From positions 323,475 to 387,474 of the forward strand of contig CAYVWR010000003.1 of assembly GCA_964455525.1 (NCBI GenBank): a stretch of DNA of 64,000 nt, written 5' to 3'. The notes beneath the pieces are model-generated. The model made no database searches. It saw nothing but the letters and a program-made list of their open reading frames with translations, and was not told the DNA's origin. The position numbers and the translations under genes were made by a program. This stretch comes from an uncultured Alphaproteobacteria bacterium. GTDB lineage: Bacteria; Bacteroidota; Ignavibacteria; OLB7. Every line of letters begins with the position of its first letter. Position 1 is the stretch's first letter. Positions 1 to 12,428 of this stretch are shown piece by piece.

Positions 1-1286
1 TTGACCTGAACGTTCACCGGCGTATCCTGCAACTCTCGGTTGGCTACTTCTTCCTCTGTATCCTCTCGGCTGCTGTCAATTTCGAGCGGGTGCACTTCGG
101 CCCCTTTCTCCTGTTCCTGTTCGGCATCATGGAGGGGCCGATCCTCTATCTGGCGATGAACAAGCTGATCGCCGATAAGAGAAAATTTGGGCATCAGGTT
201 GCCAAGTTCATCAATATGATGCTGATCATCCAGATTCTGGTGGTGGTCTTTATCAACTATCCGCTTCTGATCACCTCCGGCAATCCCGATGTGATGTCGG
301 GGACGTTCGGCAATAACTCTTATCAGTTCACCGCCCTGCTGATCGTGATAGGCGGGTTCCTGATCGGCAGGCAGTTTGCCAACCCCCGTTCGATGTGGTA
401 TGCCATCGGCGTGCAGTTTTTTGTCATCCTGACGTTTCTTCTGCTTCAATACCGTACCGCTGTCCCAGCCTTCTTCCTCTCCTATGGGGTGCTTATCACG
501 GTGCTCTATGGCGGACGTTTTATGAAGATGATGGTGATTGCGATTCCCATCGCCTTTGTCGTCTTTATCGGATTTCGCCAGATCAGCCGCTCCAGCCTCG
601 ATCTGAAGTACGATGACCTTATCACCTTGTCGCAGGATCTCTCGGTGGTCATGGAGTACGGCAAGTTCCAGTCGTATGTCAATACCATGGTGATGTTCGG
701 CGAGAACCCCGTGGCGATTCTCTTCGGCACCGGCCCTGGAACCTATGTCAGCCGCGCCAATTATACCTTTACCACGGAATTGCAGGTGCAGAGCAAGGGG
801 GTGGGGCCGATCATCAAAAAGATATTCGGCGATCGGGATTATTCCGCCGATGTTCATAACCGCTATATCCTCCCGCTGTATTCGATGGACGCATTGTTCG
901 GGAGCGTGCAGATCAACAATCCCAACTCCAGCCTCCTTGCGGTTCTGGCGGAGACGGGGCTGGTGGGACTCTTTCTGATGGGAGCGATCTATGCCACCGT
1001 GGTGATCGGCAGCCGCCGCTATCTGGGCTATGCCATCGCCCGGCGCGATCCGGTGCTGCTGCCGCTGGCCTCTGCCCTGTTCATCGGGGTGGTATATCTC
1101 TGCCTTATCTCTCCGCTCGACAATTACCTGGAAATCGCCCGCGTGACGCTCCCGATCTGGCTGCTGTTCTGGACGGTCAGCACGTTTGTACGGCAGCAAC
1201 GGATCGAGGAGGAACAGATGCAGTATCTGGCGATGCTCCAGCAACAGCAGGAGCAGCAGTATCAGCTTGCTTCGGCAAAGGAGTAG
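1..1286 (+). CDS. Wzy_C-domain O-antigen ligase/polymerase-like integral membrane protein. The reading frame is open back to base 3, so the true start is probably upstream of the window.
   Basis: Highly hydrophobic multi-TM translation. Motif HNRYILPLYS...LAVLAETGLVGLFL matches the Wzy_C signature HN..L....E.G..G. No stop between base 3 and the first ATG at 90. Confidence 0.5.
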   Translation, partial: DLNVHRRILQLSVGYFFLCILSAAVNFERVHFGPFLLFLFGIMEGPILYLAMNKLIADKRKFGHQVAKFINMMLIIQILVVVFINYPLLITSGNPDVMSGTFGNNSYQFTALLIVIGGFLIGRQFANPRSMWYAIGVQFFVILTFLLLQYRTAVPAFFLSYGVLITVLYGGRFMKMMVIAIPIAFVVFIGFRQISRSSLDLKYDDLITLSQDLSVVMEYGKFQSYVNTMVMFGENPVAILFGTGPGTYVSRANYTFTTELQVQSKGVGPIIKKIFGDRDYSADVHNRYILPLYSMDALFGSVQINNPNSSLLAVLAETGLVGLFLMGAIYATVVIGSRRYLGYAIARRDPVLLPLASALFIGVVYLCLISPLDNYLEIARVTLPIWLLFWTVSTFVRQQRIEEEQMQYLAMLQQQQEQQYQLASAKE

Positions 1287-1313
1287 GCCAGTGGCTTCCG
1301 TGGCGAACATCCC

Positions 1314-2453
1314 ATGGCGTTGATCCTCTATATCACAAATCTGCCGACACCGTACCGTCTGCCGCTCTATCGGATAATGGGGGCCATGGTGCGGAACAGG
1401 GGCCATGACCTGCATCTGTTTTTTCTCGGCTACTCCCGTAGCATCCGGGAGTGGAGGGTGCCGCCGGAGGATATGCACGGCATCCGCTTCTCATCGCAGG
1501 GCAAAGGGCATCCTGGCGTTGGCGCGCTTCGTGCCATACGAGAACTGCGTCCCTCGGCGGTTGTTCTCTCCTGGGCGATGGATCATGTTGCGCTGGCGCT
1601 TCTTCTGTACTGCCGCCTGCGACACATCCCCTGCTATGTGGTTTCCGGCGAGACCATGCTTTCGGCTGCGGGAAATCCCTGGCGGCTGCTCCGGCGGATG
1701 TTCCGTGAACCGTTCTTTCGGCTGGCATCAGGGTTTATCACCTATGGGGTGCGCTCCGCCGAGTACCTGCTTGATGCGGGGGTGCCGCCGGAGCGCGTTA
1801 CAACCGGGGTGAACGTTGCCGATATGGAGTATTTCAGGGCGCAGGTGGAGGAGCTTCGGCGCGATGGCCGGGCCGCTGCGCACCGCGATCGGTATCGGCA
1901 TCCCTCGGGCAGCCGCTTTGTCTGCCATCTGCTCTTTGTAGGGTATTTCCTGCCAAGCAAGGGCATCCTGGAGATGATACGGGCGTTGCGCCACCTTGGT
2001 CGCTCCGATATCGTGCTCCATATCGTCGGGTCAGGCGGGGAACAAGGGCGCATGCACGATGAGATCGCCGCCCTGGGGCTTGAGGAAAACGTGATAGTGC
2101 ATGGCTACCGCCAGCAGTCTGCCCTTCCGATCTACTATGCTTCTGCCGATGTGCTGGTCTTTCCCTCGCTCGAAGAGGTGTTCGGTCTGGTAATGGCCGA
2201 AGGGGCCGCTGCCGGTCTGCCGATCATCGCATCGCACTATGCAGGGGGAGTGCCGGAGGTGGTTGAAGATGGCCTCAACGGCATCGTGATAGATCCGCGC
2301 GATCTCCAGATGTTTGCTGCCGCGATCGCCCGTCTGGCCGATGACCCCGAGTTGCGCCATCGCATGGGGGAGGCCTCACGGCGTCGTGCGGAGGAGCGTC
2401 TGACGGTGGAGCGCAGCGCATTGCAATATCTGGTGGCAATGGGGCTGGCATAA
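1314..2453 (+). CDS. Glycosyltransferase, GT-B fold, family 4 (group 1).
   Basis: C-terminal E-x7-E type motif EVFGLVMAEGAAAGLPIIASHYAGGVPEVVEDGLNG. Size 379 aa. Confidence 0.7.
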   Translation: MALILYITNLPTPYRLPLYRIMGAMVRNRGHDLHLFFLGYSRSIREWRVPPEDMHGIRFSSQGKGHPGVGALRAIRELRPSAVVLSWAMDHVALALLLYCRLRHIPCYVVSGETMLSAAGNPWRLLRRMFREPFFRLASGFITYGVRSAEYLLDAGVPPERVTTGVNVADMEYFRAQVEELRRDGRAAAHRDRYRHPSGSRFVCHLLFVGYFLPSKGILEMIRALRHLGRSDIVLHIVGSGGEQGRMHDEIAALGLEENVIVHGYRQQSALPIYYASADVLVFPSLEEVFGLVMAEGAAAGLPIIASHYAGGVPEVVEDGLNGIVIDPRDLQMFAAAIARLADDPELRHRMGEASRRRAEERLTVERSALQYLVAMGLA

Positions 2454-2577
2454 ATCCCGCACGATCGCCGTGCCGCCGATGCCATGCAGAGCACAGGGGG
2501 ATTCCTGTGCTATCCTTCCGGCGACCTTCGGCTGCGATCTGCCGCAGCATTCCGGCGACCGAACCTTATCTACCGAT

Positions 2578-3747
2578 ATGTCCTCTACTGCTCCGCTGGT
2601 TCTGCATATCACAAACATCCCGACGCCGTACCGGCTGCCGTATTATCGTACGGTGAGCCGGAATCTGGAGGCGGGAGGGATCGGCTTTCATGTCTTCTTT
2701 CTGGGACAGGGGAAGCGCCCACGCGAGTGGAAGATCGGTCAGGACGACTTGCACGGATTCCCTTATACCCTTAACGGCGGCGGGTTATCGAATGCGTATC
2801 GGAATATCGTGGATGCCATCGGCACGATGCGGCCATCGGTGGTTGTGCTTGCCTGGGCAATGGACCCGCTGGCGCTCAGGATTCTGCTGTACTGCCGCAT
2901 CAGAAGGATTCCCTGTATCCTCTTTACCGGCGAGACGACCGGCACCGCCGCCGGACGCAGCTATGCCCCGATCCGTGCGCTCTCGCGCAAACCCTTCTTC
3001 TGGCTGGCCGATGGCTTTGTGACCTATGGCACGCGCTCAACCGAATATCTGGTGGAGAACGGCGTGGCCCCCGGGCGGATAAGCACAGGGCTTAATGTTG
3101 TCGATACCGGGAACTTCCGCAATAATGTCGAGGAGCTTCGGCGCAGCGGAGCCGCTGGCATCGAGCGGGACCGCTACCGGATGCCGGACGGCAGGCCGTT
3201 CCCTTATCACCTGCTGATGGTGAACTATATGATACCGGGCAAGGGGATCAGCTCGACGCTGCTCGCCCTGAAAAGCCTTGGTCGCACCGATGTTGCCCTG
3301 CATATCGTTGGGTCGGGACCTCGCGAGGATGCACATCGTGCCATGGTGCAATCCGAGGGGATGAACCAGTATGTGTTCTTCCATGGCTACAAGCAGACCT
3401 CGGAACTGTTCATCTTCTACGCTCTTGCCGATCTGTTCCTGTTCCCCTCCTCGATCGATGTCTTTGGCCTGGTGATGGCCGAGGCGGCGGCGGCCAGCCT
3501 TCCGGTGATCGCCTCGATGCATTCCGGTGGGACAGTGGATGTGATCGATCCCGGCGTGAACGGCCTTATCGTGGACCCCCGGGCCACTGCACAGTATGCC
3601 TCTGCCATCGCCCGGCTGCTCGATGACCCGGAGATGCGCCGGGCGATGGGTGCCGCCGGACGTGACCGTTCGCTCCACTTTTTGACACTTGAAGAGAGCG
3701 CTGAACGCTATCAGCGTGCTATCTTAAGGATCGTAGGTTGCACGTAG
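2578..3747 (+). CDS. Glycosyltransferase family 4, paralog of the preceding gene.
   Basis: N-terminus LVLHITNIPTPYRLPYY parallels LILYITNLPTPYRLPLY of the upstream gene. C-terminal motif DVFGLVMAEAAAASLPVIAS...VDVIDPGVNG. Start moved to the internal ATG at 2578. Confidence 0.7.
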   Translation: MSSTAPLVLHITNIPTPYRLPYYRTVSRNLEAGGIGFHVFFLGQGKRPREWKIGQDDLHGFPYTLNGGGLSNAYRNIVDAIGTMRPSVVVLAWAMDPLALRILLYCRIRRIPCILFTGETTGTAAGRSYAPIRALSRKPFFWLADGFVTYGTRSTEYLVENGVAPGRISTGLNVVDTGNFRNNVEELRRSGAAGIERDRYRMPDGRPFPYHLLMVNYMIPGKGISSTLLALKSLGRTDVALHIVGSGPREDAHRAMVQSEGMNQYVFFHGYKQTSELFIFYALADLFLFPSSIDVFGLVMAEAAAASLPVIASMHSGGTVDVIDPGVNGLIVDPRATAQYASAIARLLDDPEMRRAMGAAGRDRSLHFLTLEESAERYQRAILRIVGCT

Positions 3748-3845
3748 CCGGTTCAACCTGAGAGCTTCTGGAGCACCCCTCCGCCGGGCATTCCGCGCGG
3801 CGATCTCCGGGGCGCCTCCCTATGTTTCCAGTCAGGTTGTACCTC

Positions 3846-5021
3846 ATGAGCAATGCAGACGATTCAATACCGACGCCGAGGCCTCGCCTCCTCATCATCG
3901 GACCTCTCCCTCCTCCCTATATCGGGCCGGCCGTCGCTACCGAGCGGCTCGTCGCATCCCCGATCATGCATTCCATGTTCGATGTCGATCTGCTGAACAC
4001 CGGCGATCCTGGCGGGGAGGACGACATCGGCCAGCTTAGCCTGCATAACATACGGGAGGCTCTATCGCAGGCCATGCGGTATCTGGGACGCCTTATAAGA
4101 AAACGCCCTGATGTGATCTATGTGTCGATCGCACGCGGCTTCTGGGGCTTTCTCCGCGATGTCTGCTTTCTCCTTCCTGCAAAGCTGTTCGGCGTCCGTT
4201 CGGTGATCCATCTGCGCGCCGGCCGCTTCGATCTTATCCATGATGATGGTCTGCGCGGCCGCCTGCTTGCACGGGTCGGCCTGTGGTGCACAACGTATGC
4301 GGTGGTGCTTGGCGAGACCGTACGGGGCATCTTCGGCGATTTCATCGCGCAGGATCGGGTTGTGGTTGTGCCCAACGGCATCGATCTGGAAGCATGGCCC
4401 AGACCGGGCGATCGCGAGCAGTCCCACGATACAGGGGAGCAGCAGGGGCGCTTTCATCTCGTCTATCTTGCCAACCTGTTCTCCGACAAGGGGGCGCATA
4501 TCCTGTTGCAGGCACTGCCGCAGATTATCGCACGCTGCCCCGATGTGCTTGTATCGTTTGCAGGAGCATGGCTCAACGCGGAGTATCGCGAGCAGTGCCT
4601 GGGGCTGGTACAGACCAATGGATTGGAACACAATGTCCGGTTTGTAGGCGTGGTACGGGGGGAGGCAAAACGCGAGCTGCTCCTTTCGGCCGATGTCAGC
4701 GTTTTTGTGCCGATAAAGCCGGAAGGGCTGCCGTGGGTGGTGCTGGAGGCGATGGCCTGCTGCAAACCGGTGGTGGGAACACCACAGGGGACGATGAAGG
4801 AGGTGATCGTGGATGGGGAGACAGGATACCTTGTGCCGCCGGAGGATGTGGGGGCGCTTACCGAGACGCTGCTTCTGCTGGCTGCCGATCCAGAGCGTCG
4901 GCGGCGCATGGGCGCGTCTGCTAGAGCACGCGTTGAAACCGTGTATGCCGAGACCGAGTGCCATAAAAGGCTGGCCGCAACTGCGATGAGGGCGATTCAG
5001 GGCCCGGGCGCAGGGCGATAA
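3846..5021 (+). CDS. Glycosyltransferase family 4.
   Basis: Motif EGLPWVVLEAMACCKPVVGTPQGTMKEVIVDGETGYLV is a GT1 EX7E-like region. The start is ambiguous (3822 or 3846). Confidence 0.65.
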   Translation: MSNADDSIPTPRPRLLIIGPLPPPYIGPAVATERLVASPIMHSMFDVDLLNTGDPGGEDDIGQLSLHNIREALSQAMRYLGRLIRKRPDVIYVSIARGFWGFLRDVCFLLPAKLFGVRSVIHLRAGRFDLIHDDGLRGRLLARVGLWCTTYAVVLGETVRGIFGDFIAQDRVVVVPNGIDLEAWPRPGDREQSHDTGEQQGRFHLVYLANLFSDKGAHILLQALPQIIARCPDVLVSFAGAWLNAEYREQCLGLVQTNGLEHNVRFVGVVRGEAKRELLLSADVSVFVPIKPEGLPWVVLEAMACCKPVVGTPQGTMKEVIVDGETGYLVPPEDVGALTETLLLLAADPERRRRMGASARARVETVYAETECHKRLAATAMRAIQGPGAGR

Positions 5022-5121
5022 GGGGGGCGTACTCAGGCCGCCGGGACGTGTCGGCTCGTTGGCAGATCTCCCCGGACGGGCTCCTGTGCAGGGGCCTGGC
5101 TCTAACAACCAAGAATGACTT

Positions 5122-7073
<1,952 letters not shown>

Positions 7074-7077
<4 letters not shown>

Positions 7078-8243
7078 GCAAGAAAGGGATGGAAGGCAGG
7101 GAGAATATGGCCGACACGCAACTGTTCGAGCGGTCTCTGACAAGGTTGCGCCAGTGGATAGAGCGCCAGGATTTTGCCGGTATCGAACCGCATGATGCTC
7201 TTACCAGCCCGTTGATGCGGCATACGCTGCTCGGACGCAGCCGATTTCTCCGGCTGGCAGCGTTGCAGGGATTGCGGCGGCTGCCGGTGAATATCCGTCC
7301 GATGCTCGGCATCAGGCCGCAGATCAATGCTATCAGCATCGGCTGGGGGCTGAAGGCCTATGCGCTTATCAACGATGAGGGGGCGCGGAAGCGAATTGAT
7401 TGGGGACTTGAACGTCTTAGGGAATGCCAGATTGCTGGGTATAGCGGCGCCTGCTGGGGCTATTATTTCGGCTGGCAGACCCGTGCCGGAATGAAGCCCG
7501 CCAACCTGCCGATCATCGTCTCGACGGCGTTCATCGGATCGGGATTGCTGGATGTCTACGAGCGATACGACCGCCAGGAGTGTTTGCGCTGGGCACGAAG
7601 CGCATGCGATTTCATCCTCAAGGATCTGAACCGATCGCCGGGGGAGCGAGGGTTCTGTTTCAGCTACAGCCCAACCGACCACGAGCAGGTATTTAATGCC
7701 TCGATGCTCGGGGCACAGTTGCTGGCGCGTGTCGGCTCGATCACCGGCGAGCAGGAACTGCTCGATGCTGCGCGCCAGGCCGTGGAGTTCACGATCGACC
7801 ACCAGTCGCCCGATGGCTCATGGCGGTATGGTCTGGAGAAGCATTGGGCGTTCATCGATAATTTCCATACCGGATACGTGCTGGAATGTCTGCGCGATTA
7901 TATCCGGTATACCGGCGATACACGATTTCAGGATGCGCTGGCACATGGATGGGAGTTCTATCGCGATAATTTCTTTCAGGATGGCCGTATCCCGAAGTAT
8001 TATCACAACCGGCTTGAGCCTATCGACTCCCATGCCGCAGCGCAGGCAATCGTGACATTGCTTGATTTTAACGACCCTGAAACCGCTGCTTCGGTAGCAC
8101 GATGGAGCATCGAGCATATGCAGGCCGATGGCGGTTACTTTATCTATCAAATTCGCCGCCGGTATTCTAATCGCATTCCCTATCTTCGCTGGTCAAATGC
8201 CTGGATGCTCTATGCGCTTGCAAGGATGATAGTCAAAACGTAA
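7074..8243 (+). CDS. Hypothetical Trp-rich protein, possibly a polysaccharide-modifying enzyme. It overlaps the asnB stop by 4 bp (ATGA).
   Basis: ORF of 389 aa coupled to asnB by an ATGA overlap. No recognisable catalytic motif. Confidence 0.4.
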
Positions 8244-8447
8244 TTTCATCACCGGGAGTCCAAAACCCCAACCAGGTCCGAGTTTCTACAGGTCCAAATC
8301 TTCATTATCTGCGCATATACCCCCCCGCCCTTTACGAGACGGTGGCGTAGTCAGGCATTGTCGTTGCTGTAAAGAGCGCCGACACGGAGATGTGCCCCCC
8401 CTACATCTCGAATGAGCATGTCATAAACTGATATTGATAGGCTCGCT

Positions 8448-9503
8448 TTGCACATACGTCTCTGGATCGATCTCGATAATTCTCCTCATGTGCCCCTGTA
8501 CGCGCCCCTTATACGGTTTTTGCGTGAACGGGGGTGGCAGATTCGTATTACCGCTCGAGATTTTGCACAGACGCTTGACTTAGTGGAGCAGTTCGCGCTG
8601 GATGCTACGGCAGTTGGAGCGCACGCCGGTCGAAGCAAGCTGAAAAAGGTCGCCAACCTTCCGGTCCGTGCCCTGCAACTGGTGCAGACGGTTCGGTCGT
8701 TCAAGCCGCAGGTGGCCTTAAGCCACGGGTCGCGCACCCAGGCTATCGCATCGCGGATGCTCGGCATCCCGCAGGTTGTGATGTTCGATTACGAGTGGAC
8801 CGAGATGTCTATCCTGAGGCGCCTGGCGAGCTTCCTGCTCTGCCCGCGTGCCCTGACACCGGAACGGCTCTCCGAGGCGGGCATTCCGCTGGAGAAGGTG
8901 AGCTGGTACGATGGTTTCAAGGAGGATCTGTATCTGCCGGACTTTGTCCCCGACCCCGGATTTCGTGCCTCGATAGGGGTTGAACAGGGGAGGCGGCTGG
9001 TAACGATTCGTCCGCCGGGATTGATCGGCAACTATCACGATCCACGAAGCGAGGCGATCTGTCGTCGTGTAATAGCTGAGGCGGCAGGCGACCCGGAGAA
9101 TCATCTGGTGATTCTTCCAAAGACACATGTTGAGCGGCAGTTGGTTGATGCGTCGCTTCCGGAAAGGCCGCGTGCGGCCGTGACGATTCCGGAGCGTGCG
9201 CTTCCCGGGCTTCAACTGCTCTATAGTTCCGATATCGCCATCAGCGGCGGCGGAACGATGAACCGGGAATCGGCGTTGCTGGGAGTTCCAACCTACAGCA
9301 TCTTCACCGGCCGCCGCGCGGCCATCGATGAAGAGCTTGCCCGGCAGGGCCGCCTTACCTTCCTCAGCTCACCGGAGGATCTGACGATGATCCGCTGGTC
9401 GCGCCGGGACGCGCCGCACAAACTCTCGCGCCGAGCGGATGTGCTGCTACAGGTAACGGATATGATCGGGGCGTTTGCGCTGGGCGGCACGGTTCCGGCG
9501 TAA
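8448..9503 (+). CDS. DUF354-like protein (GT-B/epimerase-like fold) with a TTG start codon.
   Basis: N-terminus IRLWIDLDNSPHVPLY matches the DUF354 N-terminal consensus (..IWIDI.N.PHV). The codon at 8448 is TTG. Confidence 0.5.
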   Translation: MHIRLWIDLDNSPHVPLYAPLIRFLRERGWQIRITARDFAQTLDLVEQFALDATAVGAHAGRSKLKKVANLPVRALQLVQTVRSFKPQVALSHGSRTQAIASRMLGIPQVVMFDYEWTEMSILRRLASFLLCPRALTPERLSEAGIPLEKVSWYDGFKEDLYLPDFVPDPGFRASIGVEQGRRLVTIRPPGLIGNYHDPRSEAICRRVIAEAAGDPENHLVILPKTHVERQLVDASLPERPRAAVTIPERALPGLQLLYSSDIAISGGGTMNRESALLGVPTYSIFTGRRAAIDEELARQGRLTFLSSPEDLTMIRWSRRDAPHKLSRRADVLLQVTDMIGAFALGGTVPA

Positions 9504-9796
9504 CGGTGGAGGGGAGTGAGAAAACCCTTCGGGAATGGGGGACCATCCCTGAAGGGACGACGAGATCCGTGCGGTTGGCCCCATCTGGTGGGGGTGATAC
9601 GCATGGTTTGCTCGGGGATGTACAGAGCTACGGCTTGGTGCCCTCTGTCTGGTGTTGCGATCTGCTATCATTGTTTTCGATGGGATTATGCAGGCTTTTC
9701 GCCGAAAGCAATGAGATTTGATATCGACATCACCTGTACGGCTGGTTGAAGCCGAGCGTTGCAAACGTTCTTCATCTATATGTTGAGATCAAGGCT

Positions 9797-11230
9797 ATGC
9801 GTGTGATTCGATCGTTAGGACCTACTAAACTGGCTCTTGCCGCCCTTGATACTACCGTACTTGCCGCAGTGGCGGCGGCGATTCTGATCGTACGAAGCGA
9901 GTTCTCCCACTACACCATCGTATTGAACGAGGTGCTCTTTTTCTTTGCCTTCTCGCTTATTGCGGTGCTGGTGTTTCGCGAGTTCCATCTGTATCGGCAC
10001 AAGGTGTTCTCCACAAGCGCTCATCAGATGGTGGGGCTGGCAAAGGGCATGCTCTGGGTGGGCATCCTCCAGATGTTCGTGATCTTCCTGATAAAGGATA
10101 GCGCCGTCATCGATTATAGCCGCACCCATGTTGTGCTCTTTCTGATCGGCGGCTGGGGAATGCTCTCCCTTGTGCGCCTGCTCGCCTATAAGTTTGCCTC
10201 CCGGCGCTTCGCCTCGGCGCTCCCGGCATCCCGTAAGGTGCTTATCATCGGTGCCGGACGAGCCGGACAGAAGCTTGCTACCCGTATCCAGGATAGCCCC
10301 GAGCTTGGCCTTAGCATCGCATGTTTTGCCGATGATGATCCGGGGAAGATCGGGCGGCAGCTCTTCGGCCGTATGGTGGAAGGTCCGGTGCACAATGTGC
10401 CCGATCTGGTGCGGCGCCATGGCGTTCAGGAGATCCATATCGCCATGAACTCCGTGGAGTATAGCCGCCTGCTGGAGATCATCGAGATGAGCCGCAGCAC
10501 CGATCTGCCGGTGACCGTTACCGCCGATCACTTCCGTATCGTTCACGACAAGATCGATACAAGCGAATATACCTTCGTTGACTCGCTTACGCTCCGTCCC
10601 ACCCGTGGCGAGCACCGTCCGAGCCGTACGCTGAAGCTGTTGTTCGATGTGATCGGTGCCGGCGTTATCCTTCTGCTGCTTTCTCCGCTGCTTGCGGCGA
10701 TCGCTATCGCGGTGAAGCTCAGTTCCAAGGGGCCGATCTTCTTCAGCACCGAGGTGGTGGGAAAGAATGGACGGCTTTTCCGCTGGTATAAGTTTCGGAC
10801 GATGATCGTCAACAACAATCCCGATATCCACCGGAAATATGTGGAGCAGCTTATCAAGCAGAACTCCGCCACCAAGAAGCTGGATCGCGATCCGCGCATC
10901 ACGCGGGTGGGAGCAATCCTGCGCAAGTACAGCCTGGACGAGCTGCCGCAGCTCTTCAATGTGATTCGTGGCGAGATGTCGCTGATCGGCCCACGCCCAT
11001 GCCTCCAGTACGAGTACAATCAGTTCGACGACTGGCACCGCAGACGCTTTGCGGTTACCCCCGGCATGACCGGGCTGTGGCAGGTGTTTGGTCGCAACCG
11101 CAGCGATGTAAGCTTCAACGACTCTATCATTCTGGATCTGTACTACATACAGAACCATTCGATCTGGCTCGATATCAAGATTGCTTTCAAGACAATCCCA
11201 GTTGTTCTATTCGGACGCGGAGGAGCGTAA
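9797..11230 (+). CDS. Polyprenyl glycosylphosphotransferase (bacterial sugar transferase, WbaP/EpsB-like initiating enzyme).
   Basis: N-terminal TM helices. C-terminal domain LLLSPLLAAIAIAVKLSSKGPIFF...KFRTM...DELPQLFNVIRGEMSLIGPRP is the bacterial sugar transferase signature. Confidence 0.8.
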   Translation: MRVIRSLGPTKLALAALDTTVLAAVAAAILIVRSEFSHYTIVLNEVLFFFAFSLIAVLVFREFHLYRHKVFSTSAHQMVGLAKGMLWVGILQMFVIFLIKDSAVIDYSRTHVVLFLIGGWGMLSLVRLLAYKFASRRFASALPASRKVLIIGAGRAGQKLATRIQDSPELGLSIACFADDDPGKIGRQLFGRMVEGPVHNVPDLVRRHGVQEIHIAMNSVEYSRLLEIIEMSRSTDLPVTVTADHFRIVHDKIDTSEYTFVDSLTLRPTRGEHRPSRTLKLLFDVIGAGVILLLLSPLLAAIAIAVKLSSKGPIFFSTEVVGKNGRLFRWYKFRTMIVNNNPDIHRKYVEQLIKQNSATKKLDRDPRITRVGAILRKYSLDELPQLFNVIRGEMSLIGPRPCLQYEYNQFDDWHRRRFAVTPGMTGLWQVFGRNRSDVSFNDSIILDLYYIQNHSIWLDIKIAFKTIPVVLFGRGGA

Positions 11231-11233
11231 TCC

Positions 11234-12283
11234 TTGGTTACTATAGGAATCATCGGATGCGGTTATTGGGGGCCGAACCTTGTTCGCAACTTCAGCGGCA
11301 TCCCCGGCACACGTGTAAAGACGATCAGCGATCTGCGCATCGGGCGCCTCGATGGCATCGTGCAAAGTTATCCCGGCATCGCGATCACTACCGACTTTCA
11401 GGAGGTGCTCGATGACCCGGAGATCGACGCGGTGGTGGTGGCAACGCCGGTGGAAACCCATTTCACGATTGCCGAGGCGGCTCTGCGCGCCGGCAAGCAT
11501 GTTTTTGTGGAGAAGCCCCTTACCCGGAATGCTGCCGAGGCATGGGCGCTGGTAGAGCTGGCAAGGAGCAGCGGAAAGGTTCTGGTGGTAGGACATGTGT
11601 TCCAGTTTGCGCCGGGTGTGCGCCGTATCAAGCGCGAGATCGATGCCGGTATCCTGGGCAACGTCCATCATATCACCTCGACTCGTATCAATCTTGGCCC
11701 GCCCGATCCGAAGCTCGATGTGATCTGGGATCTTGGCCCGCACGATTGCTCCATCGTGCTTCATCTGCTCGGAGAAACGCCGAGCCAGGTGAGCGCACAG
11801 GGGATGAGCTACAAGCGCAATGGAGTGATCGACAATGCCCATATCGAGCTTGCGTTCCCAAGCGGCGCCACTGCCCATATCCATGTAAGCTGGCTCTCGG
11901 CGAACAAGATGCGGCTGATGCAGGTGTTCGGCCAGACCGGCTCGATCACCTACGACGAGATGCTGGCGCTGGATGGCAAGGTGAAGCGTTACGATAACGG
12001 CATCGACAACCGGCTGACCGTGGGGGACAAGGAGACGATCCAGCTTGGCTACTCCACTGGCGATATCCATGTGCTCCAGCTTGAACAACATGAGCCGCTC
12101 CGTATGGAGTGTGCCGAGTTTGTTCGTGCCGTGGGCGGCGGCCCGGTGCCGCCAAACGATGGGGTGATGGGCGCACGTGTGGTGGAGCTTCTGGAGAACG
12201 TCTCGCGCATCGCCTCGGATGGCCTCATCCAGAGAGCGCAGGTGGCCGAGATACAGGGCCAGGATGGTGCTGTATCCCTCTAG
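11234..12283 (+). CDS. Gfo/Idh/MocA-family NAD(P)-dependent sugar oxidoreductase.
   Basis: N-terminal Rossmann GIIGCGYWGPNLVRNF, then AVVVATPVETH and EKPL motifs. Confidence 0.8.
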   Translation: MVTIGIIGCGYWGPNLVRNFSGIPGTRVKTISDLRIGRLDGIVQSYPGIAITTDFQEVLDDPEIDAVVVATPVETHFTIAEAALRAGKHVFVEKPLTRNAAEAWALVELARSSGKVLVVGHVFQFAPGVRRIKREIDAGILGNVHHITSTRINLGPPDPKLDVIWDLGPHDCSIVLHLLGETPSQVSAQGMSYKRNGVIDNAHIELAFPSGATAHIHVSWLSANKMRLMQVFGQTGSITYDEMLALDGKVKRYDNGIDNRLTVGDKETIQLGYSTGDIHVLQLEQHEPLRMECAEFVRAVGGGPVPPNDGVMGARVVELLENVSRIASDGLIQRAQVAEIQGQDGAVSL

Positions 12284-12332
12284 CCGATGCGCTGCATTGG
12301 TTGGTTGATCAGGAGAACGTATCGATACGGAC

Positions 12333-12365
12333 GGGGCGCCGGTAGAGCCGGCGCCCCGATTTAAT
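12333..12365 (+). terminator. GC-rich hairpin (10-bp perfect stem, 5-nt loop) followed by a weak T tract, just downstream of the oxidoreductase gene.
   Basis: The stem arms at 12333-12342 and 12348-12357 are perfectly complementary around the loop TAGAG at 12343-12347. The hairpin is followed by GATTT. Confidence 0.35.
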
Positions 12366-12428
12366 GCCGAGCGCTGATAACCCAGGCATCATAGGACGGC
12401 GCTGGCAGGAATAGAGATATCCTTCATA

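Noticed and set aside
3037-3678. 213-aa minus-strand ORF.
   Set aside because: Antisense to the second GT4 glycosyltransferase. His/Gly/Arg-rich with no motif.
9815-11158. 447-aa minus-strand ORF.
   Set aside because: Antisense to the sugar-transferase gene, which has a clear C-terminal transferase signature.
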